Below the pieces are notes generated by a model that did not search any database, had not been told where the DNA came from, and saw only the letters and a program-made list of their open reading frames with translations. A DNA stretch of 64,000 nt from a candidate division FCPU426 bacterium. Its GTDB lineage: Bacteria; Oederibacteriota; Muellerivitia; Muellerivitales; Muellerivitaceae. Location: the NCBI GenBank assembly GCA_963738405.1, contig CAVTWJ010000022.1, positions 32,001 to 96,000 of the forward strand, written 5' to 3'. Below, in pieces: positions 31,401 through 40,776 of the stretch (positions within the stretch are counted from its first letter, which is position 1; each line of letters begins with the position of its first letter). A program made the position numbers and the translations under genes.

Positions 31401-33102
31401 TGGCCGTAGGTGTTGAAGTGACGGTTGGGCTAAGGGTTGGGGTGTAGGTGGGCGTCGAGGTCATGGTTGAGGTCTTGGTGGAGGTGGGGCTGTTGGTGAC
31501 GGTAAAGGTGGAAGTCGGCGGGCAGTTGGCCGGAACGATTTCCAGCAAGGCCATATCGGCCAGGGCCGCCGTGCCCAAAATATAGTTGGAGGTATAGACC
31601 CCGGGCGCTCCATTCGGGTTGTTGTCATCCCCCTCGGCGGAATAGACCGCCCCTGGATTTTGGATCCAGTGCTGGGTCTGGTTGGCGCCGCTGGCGGAAA
31701 TGGTGTCGCCTGTTGTAGTCACCGCCGCGCAGAAACCCAGCAGATGGCTGTTTTGGTTGAGGGTGGTGATATTAATGCTCTGGTTTTTATTGCTGACAGG
31801 TCCGAGGGAGGTGGAGTAGTTCCAAGAGGAGACGGACGGAAGGGCGCCGGTGTAAAGAAAGGCGCCCACATTGAGGCTTCGGCTTAAGGACTGGGCGATG
31901 GAAACCGCCACGTTGGCCGAGCCCGTGGGGGGATTTTCCATATAGTATTCTTCCAAGGTGGCGTGGTTGGTGTTGTCTTGAACATCAAATATCTGCGTCA
32001 GGGGCGTACCGCCATAGGTACAAAGGTTGACGGTATCAGTTGCAGTGGAATTGTTGATTTCCACCTGCACCACCAAGAGACTGCTCGCTGAAAGGGTGTT
32101 CAGGGCGAAGGAAACATGGGCGTTGGCTATGTTTGCGGTAGTCGATCCGGCGTTCGAATAGTTGGCCAGACAGGGGATGGCGGTTGCGGTAGAAGTCGAG
32201 GTGGGCGTGGGGGTCGCGGTAGGGGTGAGGCTGGGGGTAAAGGTAACGGTGGGTGTAAGACTGTCCGTTGGGCTTAGTGTGATGGTTGGCGTGGGAGTCG
32301 CTGTCAGGGTATTGGTCGGGGTAGGGGTTGGCGAACAGCCCCCCGAAAGAATCTCATAGGCCTGAAGTTCCGCGACCGCCGTGGTGGAAAAGGTATAGCC
32401 CATGCTGTAAGCGCCTGAATTGGTGGTAGGTTTGTCATCGCCCAGGGTCGATCGGCTGGTGGCCACCTCTTCCCACCTGCGGGTTTGCCCGGTGGTGGAG
32501 GTGATGGTGTACTTGGTGCCGCTGCCCTGAAAACAAAGCCCGTTGACGAGGCTGTTGGCGCTGTTGGTGTTGAGGGAAATGGAATGGAAGGTGCTGGTGG
32601 CCTGGGCCGTGACCGCGGCTGAGGCGCCGAGGCCCGTGGTGTTGCTGTAATACAAAACCCCCGTGTGCATGCGGGTGGGCGCGGCGCTGAGGGTGATGGT
32701 GACTGGGTTGGCGCCTGTCGCGGGGCCGTTGACATACCAGGTCTCAAGCGTGACATGGTTGGTGGCGTCGATGGTTTTCAGTTTGGGCGTCATGGCCACG
32801 CCCTTGCAGGTGGCCGAGGTGATAGAGATGGCGGTGGCGTTGGGCCATTGGATGCTGATTTGGGCGAGCAACAAGGTGTTGGTGCCGCTGACGGTAAGGG
32901 TGGTCGCAGCGGTGGCGGCGGTGGAAGTGAAGGACACGGCGGCGCCGAAGTTGGGCGTGCATTGGGCCAGCGACTTTAGGGGCAGGAGGCAGATAAAAAG
33001 GAAGGCCAGGAATCCAAAATTGATCCGATTTCTTCTTGTGTCTTTTGGGTAATTCTTACTCGTTTTTTTCACAGCTAGATACATAGGCAACATCCGTTCC
33101 AA
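28402..33102 (-). CDS. Large secreted protein: two beta-sandwich domains, NHL repeats, Thr/Pro linkers, two CBM-like repeats, FlgD/T9SS-like CTD
   Basis: Signal peptide (SLA-Q); PFGIAVD..VYVTD NHL repeats; YSILGEQV...WDL.N.SG.QVASGLY. Confidence 0.85.
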   Translation of the reverse strand: MERMLPMYLAVKKTSKNYPKDTRRNRINFGFLAFLFICLLPLKSLAQCTPNFGAAVSFTSTAATAATTLTVSGTNTLLLAQISIQWPNATAISITSATCKGVAMTPKLKTIDATNHVTLETWYVNGPATGANPVTITLSAAPTRMHTGVLYYSNTTGLGASAAVTAQATSTFHSISLNTNSANSLVNGLCFQGSGTKYTITSTTGQTRRWEEVATSRSTLGDDKPTTNSGAYSMGYTFSTTAVAELQAYEILSGGCSPTPTPTNTLTATPTPTITLSPTDSLTPTVTFTPSLTPTATPTPTSTSTATAIPCLANYSNAGSTTANIANAHVSFALNTLSASSLLVVQVEINNSTATDTVNLCTYGGTPLTQIFDVQDNTNHATLEEYYMENPPTGSANVAVSIAQSLSRSLNVGAFLYTGALPSVSSWNYSTSLGPVSNKNQSINITTLNQNSHLLGFCAAVTTTGDTISASGANQTQHWIQNPGAVYSAEGDDNNPNGAPGVYTSNYILGTAALADMALLEIVPANCPPTSTFTVTNSPTSTKTSTMTSTPTYTPTLSPTVTSTPTATPTVTFTPTKTPPAAWNCLSLWESGDTDPWGAAEDSAGTYLYVADGANSTVDVFSVASGSAVTSWSVPGGSNGASSPFGIAVDGSEKVYVTDSNNNLVDVSWGYGTSHAAGSSNVQWGGTLGFNNPYGIAVNSAGTTVYVADNNNSRVVLLDNTGALNKQFGGPTDHSPVTFTSPTGLALDAGGDIYVGDDSTQQVYRFNGKGTALQLQIDTSNGLSGIEFLSLGSTGGVTDIYVSDGAGEVGLYNNITGGVIGITTQGTSGAFTDAEGVAADSNGNWFAVDNNNSLVYKFNMGNCALTPLSTFTGTPTNTKTPTPTPTATPTYTTTYTPTATLTNTQTSTSTSTQTATPTNSQTATSSNTQTDTTTNTQTATSTHTQTATPTDSPTVTATSTQTTTPTDSPTATQTSTLTDTVTNTPTFTQTSTSTSTSTDTQTFTSTNTVTDSPTITPTSTATFTVTDSPTVTSTSTSTYTVTNFPTVTDTPTSTVTSTNTLTVTDTPTFTITDTFTSTNSPTVTSTSTLTPNPSVAGCGYLADGGGVSAPLATGVDGNGTTYIYTTVLGSGEADFTVVVPSSGAYKMTATAGSPLYSMDVTGHVGGTSTRYWNLNAGEYVVSWTGRYTHCDLSCFNLVKVSDSFMPTATPIPTGTATPVGTLPAATSTPNPNPTPGTDLHDAWYVTIQGVSDTNNYPTQYFVVLPLATATPTATSTLTPNPTGACGYLADGSGVASPLAVGVAGDGTTYIYSTTGAGSQNYTVNIPVSGTYKMSASVSAPSASSNSWNVQIQGVMDNTNYGNQYFVVQTLKTALHTEDVNGHIGGTSTRYWNLNAGNYVVTWGGRSANCALACFSLVRTSTGFFPTPTFTTTKTLTPTTTPTFTPSPNQGHSSLNGDVTDETPTVSATSTGTPWTGPEVVAAPNISSNGTPIQFRVNLKQSTEVHLILYSILGEQVYTATLQGQMGLNQIEWDLANASGTQVASGLYIYQVRVGVMAYSGKVVVIH

Positions 33103-33376
33103 ATACGCAAAAACACTATAGGTTTTCCGATTAACCCGATTTCACCTTTGTCTATATGATGAAATCAAAATCCATCTTAGACAAATATTGTGCACTAATT
33201 AAGCTAAAAATAGATCTTGTGGGAAATTTTTACCCATATTGGGAGACAAAATTACCGTTTTGTGACTGGTGAATGATTTGGAGGCTTTTAAGCCGAAAAG
33301 GGGTTACCCAATGGGGGATGCTAATTACCCTGGTATTTGAATAGGTATGGGTAACTAACTCAAAAGTAAAAAAATT

Positions 33377-33515
33377 TTTCACCACCAAGACACCAAGGCA
33401 CCAAGAAAACCAAATATTGATCTGGATATCAAAAACCAAAGGCAAAAAAACCTTTTCACCACCAAGACTCCAAACACTTCGGCCCGCAACCGAAGTGTCG
33501 ATGACCAAGAACTAC
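33377..33515 (+). repeat. Two tandem REP-like CACCAAGAC units, the second with a nested hairpin
   Basis: TTTCACCACCAAGACACCAAGGCACCAAG; ACACTTCGG-cccgcaa-CCGAAGTGT at 33474-33498. Confidence 0.8.
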
Positions 33516-33609
33516 GTTAGACAGGAAAATGAAAAACAATTTCCATTAGAAACTAATCACTAAACTCAAAAGTATCGTGGGGATAAAGAATAAGTCTGGT
33601 TGGGAATTC

Positions 33610-35208
33610 TTAATTCAAATGTTCCTGGTGGCGCTTGCGCAGTTGGTGCCCGCTGACCTTATGGCGGGGCAAGGGGGACAGGTTTTTCATCTCAAGGGTG
33701 TTCTGCCCTGCTCCCAGCCGGGCGGCGGATTCCAAAGCGTCTTTCATGAACTCGCTGATGAGGATTCGGTATTCCATGTCCAGTTCCTCTTCCTCCTGGC
33801 GGGGCTCAAAGAACCATTCGGCGGCGCCCTTCCCCCCCAGAAGTCTTACGCGGTCATGGGTGCTTTTCTTCGCGTTGGGCATCAGGGGATCGAAGCTATG
33901 TTTGTAGTCCAGCCCGCCCTTCAGGTTTTCGTCTGGCATGATCACCAGCCGATAAGAATTCACCCCCAGTTCCTGGCAGGATTGGTCTACCAGGGTCAAG
34001 ACTTCCTCGCGGGACTGGGCGATGGAAAGTTTGATCTTCTGCATGGAAATAAAATGGTGGGCGATGCGGTAATGGGGGCGGTAGGCCGTGAGAAAACGGG
34101 GCGCCAGAAAATCAAGAAATCCCAAAAGGGGCAGGCCCAGCCCCAGGGCCATGGCCGAAAGCACCAGGTACCAGGAGGCCCAGCCCTTGAGGCCCATGAT
34201 GGTGGAGAGGGCGGCCAGCCCCGGAAAGAGGGAAACCACGACGGCTACCAAGATGATTCCCAAAGGCGCCCAACCCTTTTTTAAAAGCCGGTGGTGGATG
34301 TGGCCCTGGTCCGCCCGGTAGATGGGCCGGCCCCGGAAGGTGCGGCGGATGACGGAAAGGACGATTTCCAAAACCGGGTAGGCCGCGAAAAAAGACACAA
34401 TGAGCATTTGATAGTGGAAGGGCTGGAAGGGCTTCACGACCGGCCCCGCGATGAAGAGAGGTTCCTGGTGGCCCAAGGCGATGAGGGCCCCGGCTACCAG
34501 CATGCCCAAACCGCTGGAACCCGAATCGCCCAGGTAAACCCGCGCGGGCTTCCAATTGAAAAACAAAAACCCCGCGACCACTCCGAAGGCGGAAAGGCCG
34601 AGCGCCAGTTCCCCGCCGTTGTCGTAAAGCGCCGCGGCGGCGGAAACAAAGAAAAGGGACACCAGGCAAACCGACGAGGCCAGGCCGTCGACCCCATCGA
34701 CCATATTGAAGGCGTTCAATAGGCCGATGATCCAAAAAACCGTCACGCCCACCGCCAGGGCGTCGGGCATGGGATAGGCCAGGAAACCTGGAAAGTGAAG
34801 AACCTCGAAGCGGTAACCCAAAAGCGCGAATACAAAAGCCACGACGAATTGGCCCGCGATTTTGGAGCGGGCGCGCAGGTGAAACCGGTCATCCATCGCC
34901 CCCCAGAGGGCCATGACCAGCCCGGCGCCGTAAACCACCACGATCTTCATGGAAAAAACCGAGCTGGGAGTAAGCCCCAAGCCCGTACCCGCGCGCAGGA
35001 AAAGCGAGTAAAAGGCCAGGACCGCGCCCAGAGATAAGAAAACCGCCAGCCCCCCCATGGTGGCCACGGGCTGGGTGTGGATTTTGCGGTGGGCGGGATG
35101 GTCCACCAGGCCCAGCTTGAGGGCCAGCCAAATGAAAAGGGGGCTGACGGCAAGGCTGAGGGCCAAACCCATTGCCAATAGAAACCAAAGTTGATGGATC
35201 GTTTGCAT
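33610..35208 (-). CDS. wecA: WecA/MraY-family undecaprenyl-phosphate GlcNAc-1-P transferase with a C-terminal extension
   Basis: RKIH..P...GG, GAMDD, NAFNMVDGVDGL, YLGDSGS and DQGHIHHRL. Confidence 0.8.
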   Translation of the reverse strand: MQTIHQLWFLLAMGLALSLAVSPLFIWLALKLGLVDHPAHRKIHTQPVATMGGLAVFLSLGAVLAFYSLFLRAGTGLGLTPSSVFSMKIVVVYGAGLVMALWGAMDDRFHLRARSKIAGQFVVAFVFALLGYRFEVLHFPGFLAYPMPDALAVGVTVFWIIGLLNAFNMVDGVDGLASSVCLVSLFFVSAAAALYDNGGELALGLSAFGVVAGFLFFNWKPARVYLGDSGSSGLGMLVAGALIALGHQEPLFIAGPVVKPFQPFHYQMLIVSFFAAYPVLEIVLSVIRRTFRGRPIYRADQGHIHHRLLKKGWAPLGIILVAVVVSLFPGLAALSTIMGLKGWASWYLVLSAMALGLGLPLLGFLDFLAPRFLTAYRPHYRIAHHFISMQKIKLSIAQSREEVLTLVDQSCQELGVNSYRLVIMPDENLKGGLDYKHSFDPLMPNAKKSTHDRVRLLGGKGAAEWFFEPRQEEEELDMEYRILISEFMKDALESAARLGAGQNTLEMKNLSPLPRHKVSGHQLRKRHQEHLN

Positions 35209-35336
35209 TAAAACCTCGGGAAGCTATTTCATCACGAAGACCTTAAGGAAACCATTTAGGAAGCGGATTTATTTCTGGAAAATATGCAACTGGCCGATAA
35301 CGAATAAGTAACAAAATAAGAATTTTACAAAAGCTT

Positions 35337-35876
35337 TTACTGGTCCTCGGTGCCGAGGGACAAGACCAAGCCCGCCTTGATCCCCACGTCCTGAATGGCG
35401 TGATTCCAGGGGGTGTAGGTCTCATAAAAGGGGCCAAAATCCAGGGCGACCCTGGGGGCGATGCCCTTGAGACTGTAGCCAAGGGACACCAGGCCATGCA
35501 CATAGCTTTGAGTATCGTTGGGAAGGACGGCGGGGTTGAGATTGAGCCCGGCCGCCAGCTGCAGATAAAAATCCCCGTCGTGCTGGGACCCGAAGGGAAA
35601 AAGACGCGTTTCCAAATCCCAGGAGTCGGTATAAAAGTTCTTGTAACCGGCCAGCGTGATGCCCGTCCCAATGGATATTTTCGGATCCAGGCGCAGGTCC
35701 AGGAAAAGCTGGCCGCCCCCGCCCAGGGTTGAGCCAATCCCGCTTCCGGGGGCCGCCCCCCCGTTGCCCGTAAGGTCAATATAGGTATTGAGGAGGGAGT
35801 AGGGCTCATCGGCAAAGAGCGCCGGAGCCGATAAAAACAGCAGGGCCGCGCCCATGATCCAATGCCGGTGTTTCAT
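35337..35876 (-). CDS. Small outer-membrane beta-barrel protein
   Basis: Signal peptide; amphipathic beta-strands (FYLQLAAGLNL, VGIKAGLVLSLG); resembles the N-half of the upstream gene. Confidence 0.65.
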   Translation of the reverse strand: MKHRHWIMGAALLFLSAPALFADEPYSLLNTYIDLTGNGGAAPGSGIGSTLGGGGQLFLDLRLDPKISIGTGITLAGYKNFYTDSWDLETRLFPFGSQHDGDFYLQLAAGLNLNPAVLPNDTQSYVHGLVSLGYSLKGIAPRVALDFGPFYETYTPWNHAIQDVGIKAGLVLSLGTEDQ

Positions 35877-35924
35877 TCCCTTCTCCTTAACTGATCTTCG
35901 GCGTGATTCAAACGAACAGGTTGT

Positions 35925-37148
35925 TTACTCTGGAGTCTCAAGCCCTTTTCCCTCGCGCGTTTTAATGGGAGGTTCGGCTTGATCCCTTGTGTCGTTTTTC
36001 CACTTCAAATAGGGATCTTCATCCAGCCACGATTTTTCATGGATGGCGTTGATCTGTGAGATTTCGGGTTTGGGCACGATTATTTTCACCCCCGGCTGGA
36101 GATTGACCGGCAGCACCAAGCGGTCTTTATTGGCGTCCACTAGGAGCGGAAAAAGATCCTCATCCCCATAAAGGTCCTGGGCGACGGAAGTGAGGGTGTC
36201 TCCCACTCTCCAAACATAAGTCGCGGGACCCTTCCATTCCCCGTCCCAGCCGTTCTTGGCGGCTTCGGAAAGGTTCTCGAAATAAAGGTAGGCCTTTTCG
36301 TTGTTGGCTTTATTGCGGGCCGCTTCCAAGAGGCCCTTGTCCGTGGGAAGGGGCGGAATGACGACCTTCAAGCCCTTCCTAAAGGGGAAGGCCGAATTCC
36401 ATAGCTGGGGATTGGCGTCCACGATCAGCGGGAAGAGGTCCTCGTCCCCGTACATTTTCGCCGAAAGGTCATAGAGGCTGTCATTGGGGTCCCAATTCGA
36501 GTTGGGATGAATTTTCCACAGGGGAATGGGTTTGGGTTCCTTGCGAAGGTAGCGGCTCTTAACCAGGATGCGGGTGACATCGCTTCCCAGGCCGAAACAC
36601 AAGCCCACCTTCACGCGCACCGCGTTGGAGGAAGTTTCATCGGGAGAGTAAAAGTCATACTGCACGCCCAGGTCCACGGCAGTATTGGTATCGACCCCTA
36701 AAAGAAAACCCACACCCCCGATGCCGTGAAAATGTCCCGGGATGGCGGTTTGCGTTTGGCTGTAATAGGGGGGAAAGTTCAAACCGGCTCCGCCCTCAAG
36801 GTAAAACTCGCCAAATTCCCTTTCGGGGAAGGGAAAAATTTTGCAGGCAAGGTCAAAGGAGCCGAAGGAAAAACCGCTGGTATTAAGCCCGATGAGATAT
36901 TCCGTCCCCACCCCTAAGGCGATTTCTTTGACGGGGCGAAAATCCGCGAATACTTGCGCGCCCATGTCGAGGGTCGGGTTGGATATTCTTTTGTAGAAGC
37001 CATAGGGAAAAAACTCTTGTCCGACCGCGTCCACCGTCAAATTCACGATGTTGGGTTTATAGTCGCCGGCCCGCAGGGGTGAACAAAAAAGCGAGCAGAC
37101 AAATACAGCAAGAAGCAATTTATATTTCATGTGGGTAACCGTTTGCAT
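35925..37148 (-). CDS. Outer-membrane beta-barrel + two LysM-like domains
   Basis: Signal peptide, beta-strands, then two repeats D(S/T)L...YGDEDLFPL.VDAN. Confidence 0.7.
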   Translation of the reverse strand: MQTVTHMKYKLLLAVFVCSLFCSPLRAGDYKPNIVNLTVDAVGQEFFPYGFYKRISNPTLDMGAQVFADFRPVKEIALGVGTEYLIGLNTSGFSFGSFDLACKIFPFPEREFGEFYLEGGAGLNFPPYYSQTQTAIPGHFHGIGGVGFLLGVDTNTAVDLGVQYDFYSPDETSSNAVRVKVGLCFGLGSDVTRILVKSRYLRKEPKPIPLWKIHPNSNWDPNDSLYDLSAKMYGDEDLFPLIVDANPQLWNSAFPFRKGLKVVIPPLPTDKGLLEAARNKANNEKAYLYFENLSEAAKNGWDGEWKGPATYVWRVGDTLTSVAQDLYGDEDLFPLLVDANKDRLVLPVNLQPGVKIIVPKPEISQINAIHEKSWLDEDPYLKWKNDTRDQAEPPIKTREGKGLETPE

Positions 37149-37276
37149 GGGTCAAATTGTAACACAGGCCTTCATTTCAAAAAGGCTCTTTTAGAATATT
37201 TCCAATTTTTGAACCATTTTTGACCGACGGATTTCGCCCGGTTTGTTGGAAAAAATATTTTATGGGACTATGTCAT

Positions 37277-38047
37277 TCAATAAAAGAGGGGGTCTTTTAC
37301 CCCCGCTTCCGCGAAACCCTTGGCCCGCAAAAGGCAGGAATCACACCGGCCGCAGGGTACCCAGCGCACGCGGCGGTGGGTGGACCTAGTGCCGGACACC
37401 CATTCCCTTTTGGAATGGGTACTCCCAAAACGCGCCCCTCGACTTGTAGTCTCGGGGCAGGGGTCGTAGCAAGAGTGGGTTAGGCCAAAGTCCACACCCA
37501 GAGATAATCCCCTGCGGATAATCTGGGATTTGGTCATGCGGATCAGGGGGGTGTGGATTTTGAACTTCCACTTCCCTTCCACGCCCTTTTTCGTGGCGAG
37601 TTTGGCCAGTTTTTCGTAGGCGCGGATAAATTCGGGCCGGCAGTCGGGGTAGCCGCTGTAATCCAGGGCATTGACGCCGATAAAGAGATCTTCCGCGCCC
37701 AAGACCTCGGCCCAGGCCAGCCCTAAGGATAGAAAAACCGTATTGCGGGCGGGCACATAGGTAGAGGGGATGCCCTGCCCCATACTTTTAAGGCTTCGCT
37801 TTTTGGGAACCGGGACCGATTTATCTGTGAGGGCCGAACCGCCGAAGGAGGTCAGGGGAACCGCCAATTCCTTGTGGATTTTCACCCCGAAGGCGCGGGC
37901 CACCTTGCGAGCCGCCTTGATTTCAACCCTGTGCCTTTGCCCGTAAAAAAGCGTGAGGGCGTAGAGCTCGAAGCCCATCTTTTTCGCGATGGCCAGACAG
38001 GTGGTGGAATCGAGCCCGCCGGAAACAAGAACGACCGCTTTTTTCAT
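37277..38047 (-). CDS. queC: 7-cyano-7-deazaguanine synthase with a ~30 aa insertion
   Basis: [26 protein letters not shown] and SCY...CGRCDSC. Confidence 0.95.
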   Translation of the reverse strand: MKKAVVLVSGGLDSTTCLAIAKKMGFELYALTLFYGQRHRVEIKAARKVARAFGVKIHKELAVPLTSFGGSALTDKSVPVPKKRSLKSMGQGIPSTYVPARNTVFLSLGLAWAEVLGAEDLFIGVNALDYSGYPDCRPEFIRAYEKLAKLATKKGVEGKWKFKIHTPLIRMTKSQIIRRGLSLGVDFGLTHSCYDPCPETTSRGARFGSTHSKREWVSGTRSTHRRVRWVPCGRCDSCLLRAKGFAEAGVKDPLFY

Positions 38048-38078
38048 AAAACCTCTTTCAACAAAAAGAACAACCCAT

Positions 38079-38224
38079 TTTCACCACCAAGACACCAAGA
38101 CACCAAGAAAGGAAAACTTTTTTGGATTAAGCACAAAATGAAAAATCCGAATCATAGGGTTCGTTAGGGGCGTAACCATAACATCTTTTTTGGTTTACTT
38201 GGTGCCTTGGTGTCTTGGTGGTGA
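38079..38224. repeat. Inverted pair of REP-like units (BIME-like) between queE and queC
   Basis: TTCACCACCAAGACACCAAGACACCAAG at ~38080 and CTTGGTGCCTTGGTGTCTTGGTGGTGA at ~38198. Confidence 0.85.
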
Positions 38225-38227
38225 TAT

Positions 38228-38890
38228 TTACCTGCCTTTGGTTTCGTTCGGCCAGATGTATTTATGAAGCTGGAGGTTCAGCCGCACCGGCAGACGGTCG
38301 GCCAATATCCATTCGGCCAAATCGGACGGGCCCAAATCCCCGTGGACCCCCGAGAACAACAGGGTGAATTGACCCGCCAGGGCATGGAGCTTGATGGCGT
38401 CCTTGGCGAATTCATAATCCGCCCGGTCGGCGATAACGAATTTGATCTCATCCTGGCCCTTCACCAAATAGTCCAGGTTCTCAAGGAGGTTTCGGGAATC
38501 TTCCCCCGAGCCGGGGCATTTGATATCCATGATCTTAATGACCGCCTTCGGCACCCGGTCCATGAGGACCGCCCCGCTGGTTTCCAGCATGACCTGAAAG
38601 CCCCGATCAAGGAGCGAATCCATCAGGGGATAGACGCCTTCTTGCTCCAGCGGTTCCCCGCCGGTAATTTCCACAAGCTTAATGCCGTAGGCTTCCGCCT
38701 TGGAGAGGATTTGTTCGAGTGGGTTTACGGCCCCCTCGTGGAAGGCATAGGCCGTGTCGCACCAATGGCAGCGGAGCGAACAGCCGGTGAGGCGGATGAA
38801 CACGCAGGGCAGTCCCGCGCGGGTGGATTCACCCTGGAGGCTCAGGTAGATTTCGTTGATTTTGAGGCTGGTTTCGACAGTTGATGTCAT
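38228..38890 (-). CDS. queE: 7-carboxy-7-deazaguanine synthase (radical SAM)
   Basis: EIYLSLQGE, CxxxCxxC (CSLRCHWCDT), ITGGEPL and LQLHKYIW. Confidence 0.93.
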   Translation of the reverse strand: MTSTVETSLKINEIYLSLQGESTRAGLPCVFIRLTGCSLRCHWCDTAYAFHEGAVNPLEQILSKAEAYGIKLVEITGGEPLEQEGVYPLMDSLLDRGFQVMLETSGAVLMDRVPKAVIKIMDIKCPGSGEDSRNLLENLDYLVKGQDEIKFVIADRADYEFAKDAIKLHALAGQFTLLFSGVHGDLGPSDLAEWILADRLPVRLNLQLHKYIWPNETKGR

Positions 38891-38909
38891 GGTTCTCTTA
38901 CTTTGGGGT

Positions 38910-39057
38910 GTCGTTGCGAGAAATGCCCCGCGAATAGCGGGGCGGTTATGCCGAAGCAATCCCAGTTTAAATAGATCTTCAAAAAGGCTGACTCGAAATT
39001 CGAACTGAGATTGCCACGTCGCAAACCACCCCGATTGGGGTTGCTCCTCGCAATGAC
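38910..39057. repeat. RPE/REP-type palindromic element with nested hairpins
   Basis: GTCGTTGCGAG...GAAGCAATCC...GAGATTGCCACGTCG...CTCGCAATGAC; inner GCCCCGC-gaata-GCGGGGC and ACCCC-gatt-GGGGT. Confidence 0.8.
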
Positions 39058-39181
39058 AACATTGTTTTGAGCAAAATCTTGGACGCAGTTTATCGAATTG
39101 GAGAAAACAAAAAAAGGGCCGAAGAGGCTTTGAAAATAGTTTCTTTGATTCTGCTGAGTTGGAATTTTTTTAGGATTAACA

Positions 39182-40615
39182 CTACGGTTTAAAGACGTTC
39201 GTCACGGCTTCCGAATAGATCATGAAATAGGACTGTGAAGCGGCGCCGGTAATGTCGAAGGAAGCATTACGGGCTGTCATGGAGTAGGTGTAAGTATTCC
39301 CGGGATCGGAATAACAGGTCGCAGGGAAGGTAAAGGGCGAGTCGATGTCGCCAGTTGTATTTTCTGTCTGGTAGTAGATACCCCCCACCTTATTTTCAGA
39401 GGAGGTCGCGTAATCCGAATTCCCTTCCGGGGACCAGGTAAAGGTATCCGACCCGGTATAAGAGGGCCGACCCGGCGCCTGGAGGGTCACGGATGCTGTG
39501 CCAATGGTGGTTGCGGCCGAAATGACGTAATAGCTTCCCGGGGAATAGGGCGTCGAACCATAGAAATAACTCGCCCCCGTTGCATGGGGACTTGCGGTCA
39601 AACTGGACAAAGAGCCCGATGTTCCGAAGGAAACAGAGGCGGAAGGGTCATAGGCCCCGTTCACCGAAAGCATCATTAAGAAATTTTCAGGATTCGAACC
39701 CATATCGGTCAAATTCGCGGTGATGTAGATACCGGGGGGCGGGGTCATCGAAGGAATGGGGCTGGGAAAGGGGGTCATGACGCTGGTTCCGGTCGGGGAA
39801 GCCGTAGGGGTGCCGGTTTGGGTGGGGGTTCCAGTCGTTGTAAAGGTTTGAGTGGGTGTTCCTGGGTCGGGTACGGGAGTATTCGTACTTGTGGAAGTCG
39901 GGGTACCTGTCGGCGTGCCGGTGGGCGTGGACGTGTTCGTCAAGGTGGGGGAAGAAGTCGGGGTCGCGGTGGCCAGTGGCGTTTGGGTGATCGTGGGGGA
40001 AGGTGTCACGGTCGGTGAGTTCGTGATCGTCGGCGAGGGCGTGGGGCTGACCGTTAGGCATGGAACCGACAAGATAATCGTCGCGGGAATCTGATAGGCT
40101 CCTGAGTTCCAAACAATGTTTTCCAGCACCCCCGCCGTCTGGCAGGAGTAGCTGGGATAACTGCCGTTTGTGTATACCTGCTGGACCGTCACGCAGGCCC
40201 CAGAGGCCAGGCCGTTGGGAAAAACCAGGGTGCCGCCACTGACGGAAGGGTTGGCCGGGCTTAAGGCCGTATAGGGATAGGTTCCGTTATAACCCCAGCC
40301 GGCAAATGTGAATCCGGCGTTGTTGCCACTGAGGGTTTCCGTCACCGTGATGGGTGTCGAGACGCTGACCCCGCTGTTGCAGATATCCTCGCAAAGGGTC
40401 ACCGCCAGGTTGGTTCCGGAGGTCACGGCGCTGGAGCAATCCCTGAGGACCAGAGTTAGGCCTTGGCTCGTGCTGGTAATGACGGTGGGAATCGGGGTCG
40501 CGGTTGGCGGCGCGCCCACTTGGGGCTGGACCGGGTCAAAGGCCCTTTGACAGCCCAGCGAAACGAAACAAGCCGCCAGGGCCAATCCCAATATTGAATA
40601 TATAGAACGTTTCAT
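39182..40615 (-). CDS. Lipoprotein with a Thr/Pro linker between two beta-rich domains
   Basis: Lipobox SLG-C; PT repeats. Confidence 0.75.
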   Translation of the reverse strand: MKRSIYSILGLALAACFVSLGCQRAFDPVQPQVGAPPTATPIPTVITSTSQGLTLVLRDCSSAVTSGTNLAVTLCEDICNSGVSVSTPITVTETLSGNNAGFTFAGWGYNGTYPYTALSPANPSVSGGTLVFPNGLASGACVTVQQVYTNGSYPSYSCQTAGVLENIVWNSGAYQIPATIILSVPCLTVSPTPSPTITNSPTVTPSPTITQTPLATATPTSSPTLTNTSTPTGTPTGTPTSTSTNTPVPDPGTPTQTFTTTGTPTQTGTPTASPTGTSVMTPFPSPIPSMTPPPGIYITANLTDMGSNPENFLMMLSVNGAYDPSASVSFGTSGSLSSLTASPHATGASYFYGSTPYSPGSYYVISAATTIGTASVTLQAPGRPSYTGSDTFTWSPEGNSDYATSSENKVGGIYYQTENTTGDIDSPFTFPATCYSDPGNTYTYSMTARNASFDITGAASQSYFMIYSEAVTNVFKP

Positions 40616-40776
40616 CCCAAACCTTTTCTTAGTTACTGCCCGCCAAAAATCCCTTTAAATCGATAGTTATTAGAATAATTGCAAGAACCAAGCCCAAAAA
40701 CAGGCATTTATTAAAGGTTTTTAGGTGGAGATTCAGGCTTGGAGACCTAGAAGTGGCGTTTCGCTGTCAAATTTCG

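Noticed and set aside
37277..38890. queC/queE as a 7-deazaguanine DNA-modification or QatABCD defence system
   Set aside because: The sequences are canonical housekeeping types, with no dpdA, TatD or ATPase neighbours.
38891..38959. N-terminal extension of QueE
   Set aside because: It is a translation of the palindromic repeat; ATG 38890 fits homologues.
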